This document shows, in pieces, positions 34,706 through 47,100 of a DNA stretch of 64,000 nt (the stretch's first letter is position 1; the number at the start of each line of letters is the position of its first letter). The stretch spans positions 54,184,313-54,248,312 of the forward strand of contig NC_068998.1 in the NCBI RefSeq assembly GCF_001194135.2, given 5' to 3'. The notes beneath the pieces are model-generated. The model ran no database searches, had not been told where the DNA came from, and saw nothing but the letters and a program-made list of their open reading frames with translations. This DNA comes from Octopus bimaculoides. Taxonomy: Eukaryota. The position numbers and the translations under genes were made by a program.

Positions 34706-37015
34706 GATAGATAGATAGATATATTTGTTATCCTCTTTCACAAATATATATATCTGCTAAATCGGAAACCTAAAATGGATCTATAGCTCCTGTCTCACTT
34801 ACAAGCTTGGAACCCTGATAGCATACCTATTCATTTAGATCACCAGTGGTATATGTAATTTTATTCTTTTACTTGTTTCAGTCATTAGACCGTGGCCATG
34901 CTGGGGCACTGCCTTGAAGAATTTTTAGCCAAATGAATTCATCCCAATACTTGTTTTTTTTTTCTTTATTAAGCCTGGTACTTATTCTATTGGTCTCTTT
35001 TGCCAAACTGCTAAGCTATGGGCCATGAACACACCAAAATTAGTTGTCAAGCAATGGTGGCAGGGGACGGGACAAACACAGACACATACCTAGATATATA
35101 CAACAGGCTTCTTTCAGTTCCTGTCTACCAAATCCATTCACAAGATTTGCACCAGCCTGATTCTATAGAAGACACTTGCGCAAGGTGCCACACAGTAGGA
35201 CTGAACTCCGAACCATGTGGTTGGGAAGCAAACTTCTTACCACACAGCCACATAGATAGCTTCATGGCCACAAACCACATTTACTCCCCTGTGTAAACCA
35301 CACTTTCTGGTACACAACTTCAATAAAAACCTTTATCAACGAGGGAGGGGAGTTTTGTTTCATTATCACAATCAGCCAGTAATTAGAAATGCAAATGAAT
35401 ATTGCACACGGGCACCATATTGAATAAATTACCTTGTGCTTTTATAATATATGAAACCTGAGCCAGCAAAAGTTGTTGTAGGTCATGATCTTGCCACTTG
35501 TCTGTAAACATGTTTGAGTGATGGAGTGTAGAGGTTGGGGGGGGGGAGGAGGCTGGAGATGAGTTAAAACATAATTGACAGAAATGGTGGTGAAGGCAGT
35601 GGGGTAGTGACAGCTGAATTTGAAGGAAACGGGTGTAGGGAAATCAAGAAACTCATGAGTGAAGGTCAGGAAAGAAAATGAAGAAGTTTTATGAAAGGTT
35701 GTCCGTCAAACTGTAAAATGTGATTCCATGTCAGATTATGTTGTGAAGGTCATTACTGGTGTATTGCTGACATTAATGGTAAGAAAGCTGCTAAGAGGGA
35801 ATTTTCAGTATGAGAGAGAAAATGGAGAAAACGGGAAGGAATCTTACTGATAATGCCAAACGGAATGGGACATTTGTGTGCGACAGTTTAGATGCAAAAG
35901 ATGTGGTTTCGCTGATGGGACATTGGACCTGTTTTGGCACTGGCAATAATATTTCATAACAACACAATGTTGGGCAGTGGTTTTAGACCACATACAACCT
36001 TCAAGCATCCTTCTAGCAGTCTCCCACTGTCTTCTCTCTCTGAATAAGTTTTTCTTTAATTGACTTTTACGTCTTTTGGTGCAGCACCCCTAAAAAAAAT
36101 CCAGATTTGGATCTGGCCCAGATATTAAAAAAGGTTGAAAACCATTAATCTGTAGTCTTGCAGTCTTTAGGGAGTCTATTTTAATGCATTTTCTATATTT
36201 TTTTTTTTTTTAATTTATCCTGTTACAAAAGGTTTTAGGAAAATATTTGAATTTATTATTTTTTTTTCAGACTGGAAGGAAACCCATTGTTGCTGCTCAT
36301 GGAAACAGCTTGCGTGCTTTGGTGAAATATTTAGATAACATGTCAGAAGAGGATATTCTTGGTCTTAATATTCCAACAGGTAATATTTTTTACNNNNNNN
36401 NNNATAGGTGAGAATCCATGAAGTAGAAACAGTACTGTATATTTTTTGTATATATTCATTTTATTATAAATGCAAAAATGATAGATGTAATTCCACAGAT
36501 GAAACAACTGGTCATTAAATAAGAGATTAACTAATCCAACTCCCCCCGAAAAAAAAAAATTTCAAGCCCTGTGCTTTTAGTAGAAAGGATTATCTGGATG
36601 GAAGTATATCTCCTAACATTCATAGCATTCAGATTATCCTGTCGAATGTTATGCTTTATTGATTCAGTTTTCAATTAATCGTGCATTTTCTCATAGCATC
36701 GATATTCCATTGATGTTGTCATTTATTTTTAGAATGACATTGTAGGGTAGGTGTGAGAGGCCAAGCCTGGTCAGTTTGAACATAAAAAAAGGTGGGATAT
36801 TCAGACCAGACATGGCCAGTTTAAATGTTAAAGGGTTTAACCATTTCTGAGAATTATCTCATTCGTTAAACATTTTTTTCCTCTTTATTTCAGGTATTCC
36901 ACTTGTGTATGAACTGGACAAAGACATGAACCCCATCAAGCACTACTACATGGCTGACGAAGCTGCTGTGAAAGCTGCTATTGATAAGGTCGCTTCTCAA
37001 GGCAAGGCTAAGTAG
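29250..37015 (+). CDS. PGAM: 2,3-BPG-dependent phosphoglycerate mutase (dPGM, PGAM1/2-like), complete, 6 exons, 250 aa
   Basis: Exons 29250-29378 ([17 protein letters not shown], catalytic His11), 33238-33447 ([16 protein letters not shown]), 34221-34304 (IWRRSY), 34462-34560 ([14 protein letters not shown]), 36271-36379 (AAHGNSLR...LNIPTG), 36894-37015 (IPLVYELD...QGKAK*). GT-AG introns, phases compatible, 753 nt. RHGES and FCGW fit a mutase rather than BPGM. Confidence 0.98.
30720..31230 (+). mobile_element. Second tRNA-derived SINE family, two tandem copies in PGAM intron 1
   Basis: ...GAGTTCAAATCCCGCC (B box)...CTTTCGGGGTCGATAAAATAAGTACCAG.... Other copies at about 930-1085, 18840-19040, 37290-37470, 55170-55320 (-) and 49520-49700, 53930-54360 (+). 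Confidence 0.8.
34865..35250 (-). mobile_element. Full-length SINE copy in PGAM intron 4
   Basis: 3' arm, short microsatellite and tRNA-like head in reverse orientation. Confidence 0.85.
35480..36000 (-). mobile_element. Possible highly decayed Penelope-like GIY-YIG relic
   Basis: Only faint translated similarity (ISETT ~ IGET). A purine-rich block of similar character at ~11340-11700 reads VA*HF ~ VARHF. Confidence 0.25.
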
Positions 37016-37188
37016 AAGCTGAACACTTTAACACAAAACCTTTTTTCTTCATAAAAAAAAGAAAACAGCCGTTTTCCTTGATTATGTAACTTCTCTAATC
37101 ATTTAAGTTTTTAATTAAATGGTCATTATGAAAAGAATGACCAGTTGCCGTATTTTATTTATTTCATTGTTTTTCTATATTTATGGAG

Positions 37189-37194
37189 AATAAA
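37189..37194 (+). terminator. Candidate PGAM polyadenylation signal AATAAA
   Basis: First AATAAA, 174 nt after the stop codon, following an AU-rich repeat-free UTR and followed by a U-rich tract. Confidence 0.5.
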
Positions 37195-38763
37195 TTATAC
37201 CTTACACTTCCAGCTTCTTTTTTTATTCCTGTTTTCTTGGGTCTACAACTCAGACCTTGGTCACCTGGTTCCAATGGCGTACAAGTGACCTAAATCACAA
37301 GGTACCCACTGAATGGGGACGCTGGTCCTTAATTTTGAGGGGAGGAAACCAGTCGATTACATCAAGTCTGGTACATTATCAACCCCAAAGGGATGAAAGA
37401 GTAATGACAACCTTAGCAGGATTTGAACTCAGAACATCAAGAGCCAGAAGAAATGCTGCCAAACAGTTTGATGCATTGGGGTTGCTTTTTTTTTTACTTT
37501 CTCTTACATGTAAGATGTTTGGAAGGTTAGAATCTAGAGAAAGATACAGGTATGGCTGTGTGGTTAAGAAGTTTGCCATAGAACCTCCGGGTTAGAGGTT
37601 CAAATCCACTGTGTGATCACTGTCAGCTAGCACATTATCTTATATTCTCACAAGTATCTTGTCAGTGGAATTGGTAGACAGAAACTGAAGAAATCTCAAG
37701 TGTATATATAGGCGCAGGCATGGTCGTGTGGTAAGAAGTTTGCTTCCCAACCACATGGTTTCGGGTTCAAACCCATTGTGGGTCACCTTGGGCAAGTGTC
37801 TCCTCCAATAGCTTGGGGCCAACTAAACCATTAATGAGAGGATTTGGGAGAAAGAAGCCCATCATATGTATAAATATGTGTGTGTTCCCCACTTCCATTC
37901 AGCAAAACAGACTGAAAGAACAGGCACCAGGCTTTAAAGAGACCTGAATACTGGGCTTGGTTCATTTAACTAAAACTTCTTGAACACAATGATGTGAATA
38001 CATATATATAAGCATAAACCCATCCCCTTATATGAATACATCAGCATTTAAATGAGTTTCTTTGTCATGGAACTTTGAGGTTCAACAAACAGGGGACAAT
38101 AAAATACAGACCAGACAGAAGTAAGTACTAAGAGTTAATATGATCAATTTAGACCCTTGAAGGCAGCTCTGAAAACTAAAACCAGAAAAAGAGTGTGCGT
38201 ACACACACACACAGTCATCTGTATGGATATAATACTTGGAATATAATTGTTAAAATCAACTGTTTATCCATTACATCGAGTTTCTTGCCAGAAAAACACA
38301 CATAAAATAGCATATCAATAGAGATGTGATGCACACCCACATTTTACATTAATACTAAAACAAGAGGGGACAAAAAAAATTTTGTATTCTTGGATTTTTT
38401 TTCATTTATTCTTTGATTTCCAAATCAATGTAGAATACAAAAATAAATGTCCATCATAGAAATATTTGTAATGTGCAAGTCCAACAATTTTACAGTTCTT
38501 TAATCCGAGGCAAATAAGGCAAACCTTCAATAAAAACCCCTCAGTCAAAGAGAAACAAAACATAAAAGCATTTACAAAATAATAATAAATGGCTTCTCAT
38601 AAAATTTGGCAGAAGGGTGGAAATTTATTTTCTGATTTTTAAAAAATTCATTGCCTTTCAAATGAACAGCTGCTTTTTGTTCCAGATGGCCATTTTTTTT
38701 TAAGGAAGAATTTTTTGGAATGCTATCTCAACATTGACGAGTGGGAAGTAATGTTCATCGTTC

Positions 38764-41700
38764 TCAGCTGCTTGGAGCACCAAGAAGATACCTGGAAGGA
38801 GAGAAAAGAGAATTTACTCTAAGATCCACAGCTAATCATCATCATAATTTAATGTTTGCCATGCTGGGGTTTAATGGTTCACCCAGAACTAGCATACCAG
38901 AGGACTGTATCAAGCACCAATGTCTACTTTGGTGGGGGTCTCTTTGACTGGATGCCGTTCTTAAAAACAAATTACTTTACACAGTGTAGTGGTTGATTTC
39001 TTTTTTCTATGTGGCACTGCAACCAGTAAAGTCACCAAGTAACTCGCAAGACAAGCATTTCGCCCGGTGTGCTAACGATTCTGCCAGCTCGCTGCTTTAC
39101 AATTACCAAAATATTGCCTGCAATTCTGGTACAGACATAAACACAAACGGACCAGGAGCAGTAGTAAAAGTATATCAAGTGCAGACAGTGGAAGGTATTT
39201 ATGATAGAGGAATAGATAGGAAGTAGTTTGGTCAGATCATAGGTGGTTTGACCGTTCAGAAGGTTGGTAAGTAGTTGGCCAGTTCTGGTACATCCACTGT
39301 ACACCAACAAGTTAGGTTCAGTCCCAACAAAAAGCACCTTGAGTGAGTTTCTTCTACTATAGCCCCAGGCTGATTTATGCCTTACAAGAGACATTTGGTA
39401 GAATGGAAATTGCATGGAAGCCCATCATGTGTGTTTCTGTGTCCACTCTAAACCCGTCATCACTGCTTGACACCCAGTGTCGGTTTTTTTACATCCACAT
39501 CACTTAGCAATTCGGCAATTGAGACTGATAGAATAAGTATTGGGTTCAATCTGGTTGACTAAAACCCATGATGGTGGTGCCCCAGCATGGCCACTGAAAC
39601 AAGTAGAAGATCAAAGAAGATAGATTATAAAGTATGGTTGGATGAGAAAAGATTAAAGAAATTACTCGTTGGCTTTGTTTAATTGATTGGCTAAACTAAA
39701 ATCACATCAACAATCGTCACAGCTAAATACCACATCATTTAATAGTGTAGCTGCACTGTCAATCTTAATCTTGATTCTCCACAAAGAACAGCAAGTGGTA
39801 TTCTGTAGCAAGGCAGCCTAATTCACTAACAGCAACTCTAGTTGATATCTTCATAAAACTATTTCTGTTAAGTACTTCTGCCATCAAAATTTTACCACAG
39901 ATAAATTCTTCAGTAACAGAACTGCCAACTGCTTCCCACACTTATAAGGTTTCGACATATTAAGAATCTGAGCCACAGCTTTGCTACAAACTGAAAAATG
40001 TTGGAATGCATTCTGACATTATCATTTATAAAAGTTTCACGTTCAGGCAACCAGCTTCGAATCTTAAGGAATTATGCCATTTACAAGATAAAGATTTACT
40101 TCTGCGACAAACTGTGATTGTTAATGTGAAACTGAATTAATTAATCTTCTAGCTTCCAAACTGCTACATCTTGGCCATTCTCCATGGCAACACCTTTGCA
40201 ATCACGTTCACAAGGTGCGACTAAACATACCATTTGCTCTGGGACATAAGCCACCCCTCTCCTTTTTCTTTTCGTTTTCTTTGTTTCCTTGATGAGGTAA
40301 TTATCAGTTTCTTTTTCACAATAATTTCATCGTTTATAATTTTAGTGTTTTTTTCTTTCTTTTTTCCCTATAAAAATGTTAAAAAAATCTAATTGCCACG
40401 CTCGTAAATTATTCTGTTTATATGTTAGATTAGATATAAAAGCAAGATTTATCCGCCACTAAACCAGACAGGAAGCAACATGTGAAGAAATAGTCTTCAG
40501 CACCATTAAATAATATAAATGTTGAGGTGAACTTTACCATTCTCCTCTCGCTTTGACAGCTTGTTTCCTTACTAAGCGTTTCTTATCGTCTAAAACGGGA
40601 CCAAGTGCTCGAATTACTTCTCTTCGGTATGGCAGTAGAGTGGTTGTCGGTAGTTGTGTCAAATTCTCTAAACACTCAAGCGAAGCAATGCGTACTTTCT
40701 GCAGCAAACATAAAAACAAACAAAAATTATTACAGAGTTACATCTCTTTATTTATTTGTTTGGTTATTTTAATTATCAATAAGAAGAAAAAAAGAAGAAA
40801 AATACTCTCAGATAACGACTTCTGAAACTGTACACTTTTGAAGAATATAAAAAAAAAAAAAATAGATTTTAATAACACATGATTTAAAAAAAATATTTCT
40901 GATAAAATGAGAAAAGCTAATATATATTTTTTTCATGCTCAGAATTGCTGAAGCATGGAATAAACTACCAGCATCAGTTGTTAACCATCAGGACACTACA
41001 CCTTTCAAAACTTCCATGCTTCCCAAAATTCACCAACAACACACCTGATACCCCCACCCCCTTTTTTATCCTATATACTGTTCAGGCACTCTTAGCTACT
41101 TTTTCTAATGGGTTGTAGTACAGCACCTGAGCAGCACTGTATACAATAAGTTCATTGTCATTTTTAAGTATCATATTATTTTTTAAGGTTGAAATAAAAA
41201 AAGAAGATAAGATAAATAGCTACCTCATCATTATCATCATCGTTTAACGTCCATTTTCCATGCTGGCATGGGTTGGACAGTTTGACTGACACAACATTTT
41301 TTTTTAATAAATATAAATAAAAAACAAAAAAAAAGGCAAGTTACCATTGAAGCATTTGTTTCAGAGAGTTTGATTAACTTGGGTACAACCAGATTAACAT
41401 GCTGCGCTAGAAGATTTGGGCTTTCATCCAGTACGGTCTTCATAGTTGCCATTGTGGACATTTGGAGTTTGTTGTCGTCAAACATCAGAGCTAACACCAA
41501 CATTGGTACCAACTGGCAAGAGAAAAAATAAGAGAGAGAGAAAAGTAATAATACTAAAAGGGAAGAATCAAATATTATTGATTGAGGTCGGAAAACATTT
41601 AAATGTTTACAATACGAGCAACTAACACACGGATCACACCATTGTTTCAATTAGAGCAAGACTCAGAAGCTGCTACAAGATGATATACTACAACAAGTTT

Positions 41701-44111
41701 ATTAATAGGTCCACCAATGCCTCTTTCACAGGTAAATCTTGACTGCATTACCTGTATTTGCTACTTTTTATCTTTTACTTGTTTAGGTCATTGGTCTGCG
41801 GCCATGCTGGGGCACTGCTTTGAACGGTTTTAGTCAAACGAATTGACCCCGGTATTTATTTCATTTCTTGTAAAAGTCTGGTGGCTTTGTGTCAGGTGAT
41901 GAGAGGTCATGGGTGAGAAGAAGACAAATGCAGACTCATGGTTTGAATGGCGTTGGTCACAGATGAGCTCAGAGCCAAGCAGAGGCTATACAAGCTTCAT
42001 CATCATCATTTTGTCATTGCTATAACATCCACTTATCCATGCTAGCATGGGTTGGACAGAATTCACTGGAGCAGATTTTCTACAGCCAGAAGTGCTCCCT
42101 GTCACCCAACCTTCACCTAGTTCCATGTTAATATTTCCTCCATGGCCAGAAGACAAGGGGACAGGGGAACATGTAAGTGTGTGTGTGTGTGTGTGTGTAT
42201 TTATATTTATATATATATGTGTGTGTGTGTGTGCATATGTGTTACACACACACACAATGGGATTCCTTCAATTTCCATCTACCAAATTAGCTCACAAGGT
42301 TTTTGTTGGCCTAAGCTGCTACACAAAGACATCAAAAGCAGTTTTGCTCTCATAAGATAGATTTGAGCACTAATTAACAGCTACTTAATGAATTAACAAC
42401 TGTATGAACGAATTTATTCAATACTGAGCAATTGCAGTGAACCCAAAGTACATTTCGGGTGTTGTTTAGCCTTGGGTCAACCGTCACAACCATCCAGAGA
42501 TTTTAGAGGTATATAGAAAACATTCTCATGTGTCCTTTCCTTATTTATAATGATAGGATGTGATTTGGCTGTTATTTCTAGCAGATTGTGTTGTGACCAT
42601 GCAAAGAGATTCGCTCTTGTGCTCACCCACCCTGAATGAAATGCAATACTTACAGGTGGGAGTTTGGAGACAAGAACTTGATGTGGTAGAAACGTTAATA
42701 AATGTGACACGGCTATCAGATAATTCTTCTTTAACTCTGAAATATGGAAAAAGAAAAAAAAGAAAACATTTAGTGGACTTTGCCATTTCACACAAGTTAC
42801 AATCCTTTGTTGTTAAGTACCAGACATTATGTTTTTAGACCTAATCATACAATATTTTTATATTTTTTACAAGAGATACAATTTCCAAATATGTTTTAAC
42901 GTCCACTTTTCTAAGCTGGCATGGGTCAGGTGGAAATCACTGAGGAAGATCTTCTATGGCCAGATGCCATTTTTGTAGCCAACTTTTACATTTCCAAACA
43001 AGGTTAATATTTCCTCATGGCCAAATACATTTTTGCAGACATTAAATCAATGATAATGGATCCCTGCCTGAAGAGTGATTTTCCAGCAATGAGCCAAAGA
43101 GGCTGAAGAATTTATGGAGCTAAGCTTCGTCTCCAAAGAAGCCCTAATTATTTGGAAAATCCTTGCAGAGGCATAGAGATACTTACCGGATTTTACTTCA
43201 TGGAATGATTTTGACAGATGCTGTACATTTTCAACAAAAAGCCTTTGCTTGTACATAATACGGATCTTTGCATGTTGGGGTTGGCTTAAAACATCTTTAT
43301 ATTCAGAGAGAATGAGAAACATCCCTTCCGCTGCCGCTTCTCCCAGCTCTTCATCACTCAATAGATTAAATACCTAAAGTTAGAAGTAAAATAGGAAGAG
43401 ATCAGGAAACAGACCAGATTTGATGCTATACAAGAAGTACTGGTATTCAAAAAAGTTAAAAAACAAAAACTCCCAAAAAAAGAAAAAAAATCATCCTCGG
43501 TCTTCTATGCTAAGTTGAACCTCCCATAAGCTAATTTTGTCTTTGACACACTTATTTCCTGAATATGCTGAAACTGGAGTGTATGTTTTATGCCAATGAA
43601 TACGATGTTGAGTGCTGCTCACAGAAGGGGACAATGGCAAAAAGGAAACCAAAGTTGATACTGAGTTGGAGATAGTGGTGTGTCTGTCTGATTAATAGCT
43701 CGGACATAATTTCAACCACAAGGTCCAGCCCTTGCAAGTCAGTTTACAGCACCCCACAAACAGATTATTGAATGCCTGCATCTCAGAGTGGTTATCTCCT
43801 CTTCAGCAAAAGAGACTTGAAAGGCAGATGCTGCAAAATGACACAAAACTCAGATCCCTCTTATGATATTCCTGTCATCATTCAATGGTTGGTTGCACTA
43901 TCCAGGAGCTCGCCATAAATAAAATACAGGGAGACAGCGCTAAGCAGTTACCAGTTCAAATATGCTTGAAGTTTGTATTTACACTCATCACTGCTTAGAG
44001 CTGTCAGCCTGGACTTCATTTGAAAGTTATTTTGAAAAAGTAAACGGCTAAATGCTTTTCCATACTCTTAGAGAATTGCTGTGTTGTTTGTTTATTATGA
44101 ACACCTCTATG

Positions 44112-44169
<58 letters not shown>

Positions 44170-47100
44170 GGAGAAATTGTACAATATGTATAAATAGATG
44201 ATGAGTAAAGCACCGGCACAGTTTCGATTCCCTGTTGTTATCCGTAGATTTACTGCAGGAACTTTGCAGTAGCAGTTGGGGTAACAGTATTAAATAAAAT
44301 AGGAGATGGAATGTGTAATAGACTTTATTGCATACAACACACGTTTCAACCTGCTCTGGGTCTCTTCAGGTACATCAATAAAAAGTCAGAGATTTCCTGA
44401 GTCATAAATATGTACAGTAACATAACCTTCATTTTGGATGGATGCTATAAAAAAAATCAACGTGACAGTTAAAGAAATAAAATGTAAGCTTACCAGTCCA
44501 ACAAAGTTGTTAGCTTCAGAATGAGCAGAGATAAGGAGAGCTTTAGTAATCCAGAGCCACAAATGTAAAGCTTTCGCTCGAAGATCACCTGAAGAGTTAT
44601 TTTTATTCATTAATTTATCTTTAAGTTGCTCTTGTAAACGATCTAAACATTCTTTGCCAGGAGAAGCTGGAACAAAAAAATAAAAACATATTTTTAAGCA
44701 ATTAAACTCTTTTTTTTGCAGGTGGAAACATAACAAAGGATGGAAGCTCAGCTGAAGGAACTCTAGAGAAGGGGCATTAGGCTAGGTGGTGAGAGGCTAA
44801 AGCATGATAAGGGGACAAGCACAAGTGTCTTGCTACAGAGGAGATGCATGACAACCCAACATTATATAAGGACAGGCAGGAACAGCTGGGAAGGAGTTGC
44901 AGATGGTGGGGACAGTGTTTCCAGCATCTGAAGTTCCATCATATTACATAAGGAAAAACACTTACTCTGTCCGTGTTTGTTGATAAGGCCGGCAAAACAT
45001 TTGGCTGCTGCTGTTCGTGTTATTTGATCTTTGCTTTGTAATGCAAGGCCAGCAAGTTGCTCGAGCAACTGTTGCAAGTCATCAATGGAAACCTGAAAAT
45101 GAAACAAATCAAAAAATCACATCAGATACATTTTGGGATGGTTCTTTCCATTCACACACACACACACACACATTAGTTTACTTTCCAGCCACATGGTTCA
45201 ACCCCCACTCCACAGCACACTGAGCAAGTTTCTTTTTGTCTAGCCTCAAGCTGACCAAAGCTTCATGAGTGGACTTGATAGGCAAAAACTGAAATTCCTC
45301 ACTATGTATATATGTGCAGGTGGAAATGCTTGGGTCTCCTTGACTCGGTTTCACATGATAGCTGCAAACAAGAGCCTCATCATATGTACACATTGCATTT
45401 ACGATGCAATGTGTACATATGATGACCCTAACCCTAACCTGTAATTAAAGTCAGAAGGCTTTGGTCGGACCAGGGCTAGAGTAGAAGACACTTGCTCAAT
45501 GTGTCACCATGCGGTGGGACTGAACTCAAAACCATGTGGCTGGGAAGCAAACCTCTTCACCACATAGCCATGTCTACACCTGTAAATATTACAATCGTTT
45601 GTTTTATTATTAAAGAATGTCTGAAACAAAAACTCTGAAGAAATAAAATTTGACTAAAAATAGTTGAATCAACTTTTTTTTTATTAAAACAATAAAAATA
45701 CTGCTGCTTCTATTGCCAAACTTCATTCGAGTGGGGAATTAAAATTCCACTACCATAAAAGAAAAATGTCTTGATAAAGTGTAAAAAAAAAACTAGATGC
45801 CACTTACCTCAGGAAGAAGACTGCATATGACAGCCATTAAAAATCCTATCAGTCGTGTTTGTTTGACAGATGTTGGCTGAAAGACATGAAAAATATAATC
45901 AATGAAGTTCTAAAATAGAAATAAAATGAGTTTCTGTAATCAAGAAGAAAAAAACATGTTAACCCTTTTGATCCCAACTAAGACCATTTATGGTTTGAAA
46001 TACAAATATTGTGTTTTAAATAAAAACTTTCCAACAAAATATCAATTTTATGTCTCAAAAATCAGCTTAATAATAACTGCTATTTCATTAAATTCTTCAT
46101 TATTTTCTAAATTAATTGAAACATTAATCTATTTCAGGATAAATATAGTAAAAAAAAAAAAAGAGAGATTAAAATACCTGATAAGTTCTGCTAACCAATT
46201 TACAAGTCAATTAAAGAGCCTGCAAAAGGTCACCTGACCAGCTAGAAATAGTAACTAAATTCTCACAAAACTACACTTGAGTGTTTTACAAAACATGAAT
46301 GACACATTGGACAATGCAGTCAAAGATATTCAAACAGAAAGGATGGGCATGGCTGGACTATCTTTACTCATAAGGTCTGCTTTATCAAGGCTGACTAGAG
46401 ACAAACCAACACTACTTTTGCAATTTTTAACTCCCAATATTCTACTTTTAAATTTTAGTTTAATACAAAGCATCTAAATGAATTAATTGCAAATATTATC
46501 AGTCAGTTCCCAATGTTAAACTACCAGGCATTTAGGTGTAGGTAACTATACTGACTAATCATAATTCAACATCTAAATGATGAAACTCATTCTTTATGAC
46601 ATGTGTCTACTCTAGCAGAAGTGAGAATCAGCAAAGTTAGGAACATAAATTGTGACTAAGGTTTGGTGGAAGATTTTAATTCAAAACTTATGCAAACAAG
46701 ACTCAGAGCCAGAACCGGTTTCAGCCGGGTTGGTAATGAAAGGGTTAAACACAAACAGATCAAAAGCCACAAATCATAGGTCAGCCTGATTATGTTAATC
46801 TTAGGTTTAATCAACAACAAAAGGTTTACTATACCTTTAATGGACAAAATTTCATGTTCAAAGAAGCAGAAATGTCAAATACACTAAGATCTTGGTGAAG
46901 GAAAAGCCGTATCATTTGTTCCGATAATTCTTCTCCTTTCCTATAAGAAAAACACACCGTAAACAATTAAAAATAGGTGAATAGGCAGAACTGGTTAAAA
47001 CATTGCTTTAAATACATCATCATTTATCTCCATTCAACATGAACTTTTCCATACTTGCAGAGGTCAAACAGAATTTGTTAAGGCAGATTTTTCTACAGCC

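Noticed and set aside
40441-40470. Alternative last MMS19 exon (ggtttag|TGGCGGATAA)
   Set aside because: It destroys the conserved EW.LLG end that exon 38764-38791 supplies.
43765-43810. Second hammerhead-like fold in the same MMS19 intron (CTGAAGA-GGAG..CTCT-GAGA-TG..CA-TT)
   Set aside because: GAGA replaces the invariant GAAA, the triplet is AUU and stem I has only 3 contiguous bp; compatible with chance. Worth rechecking in a covariance scan.
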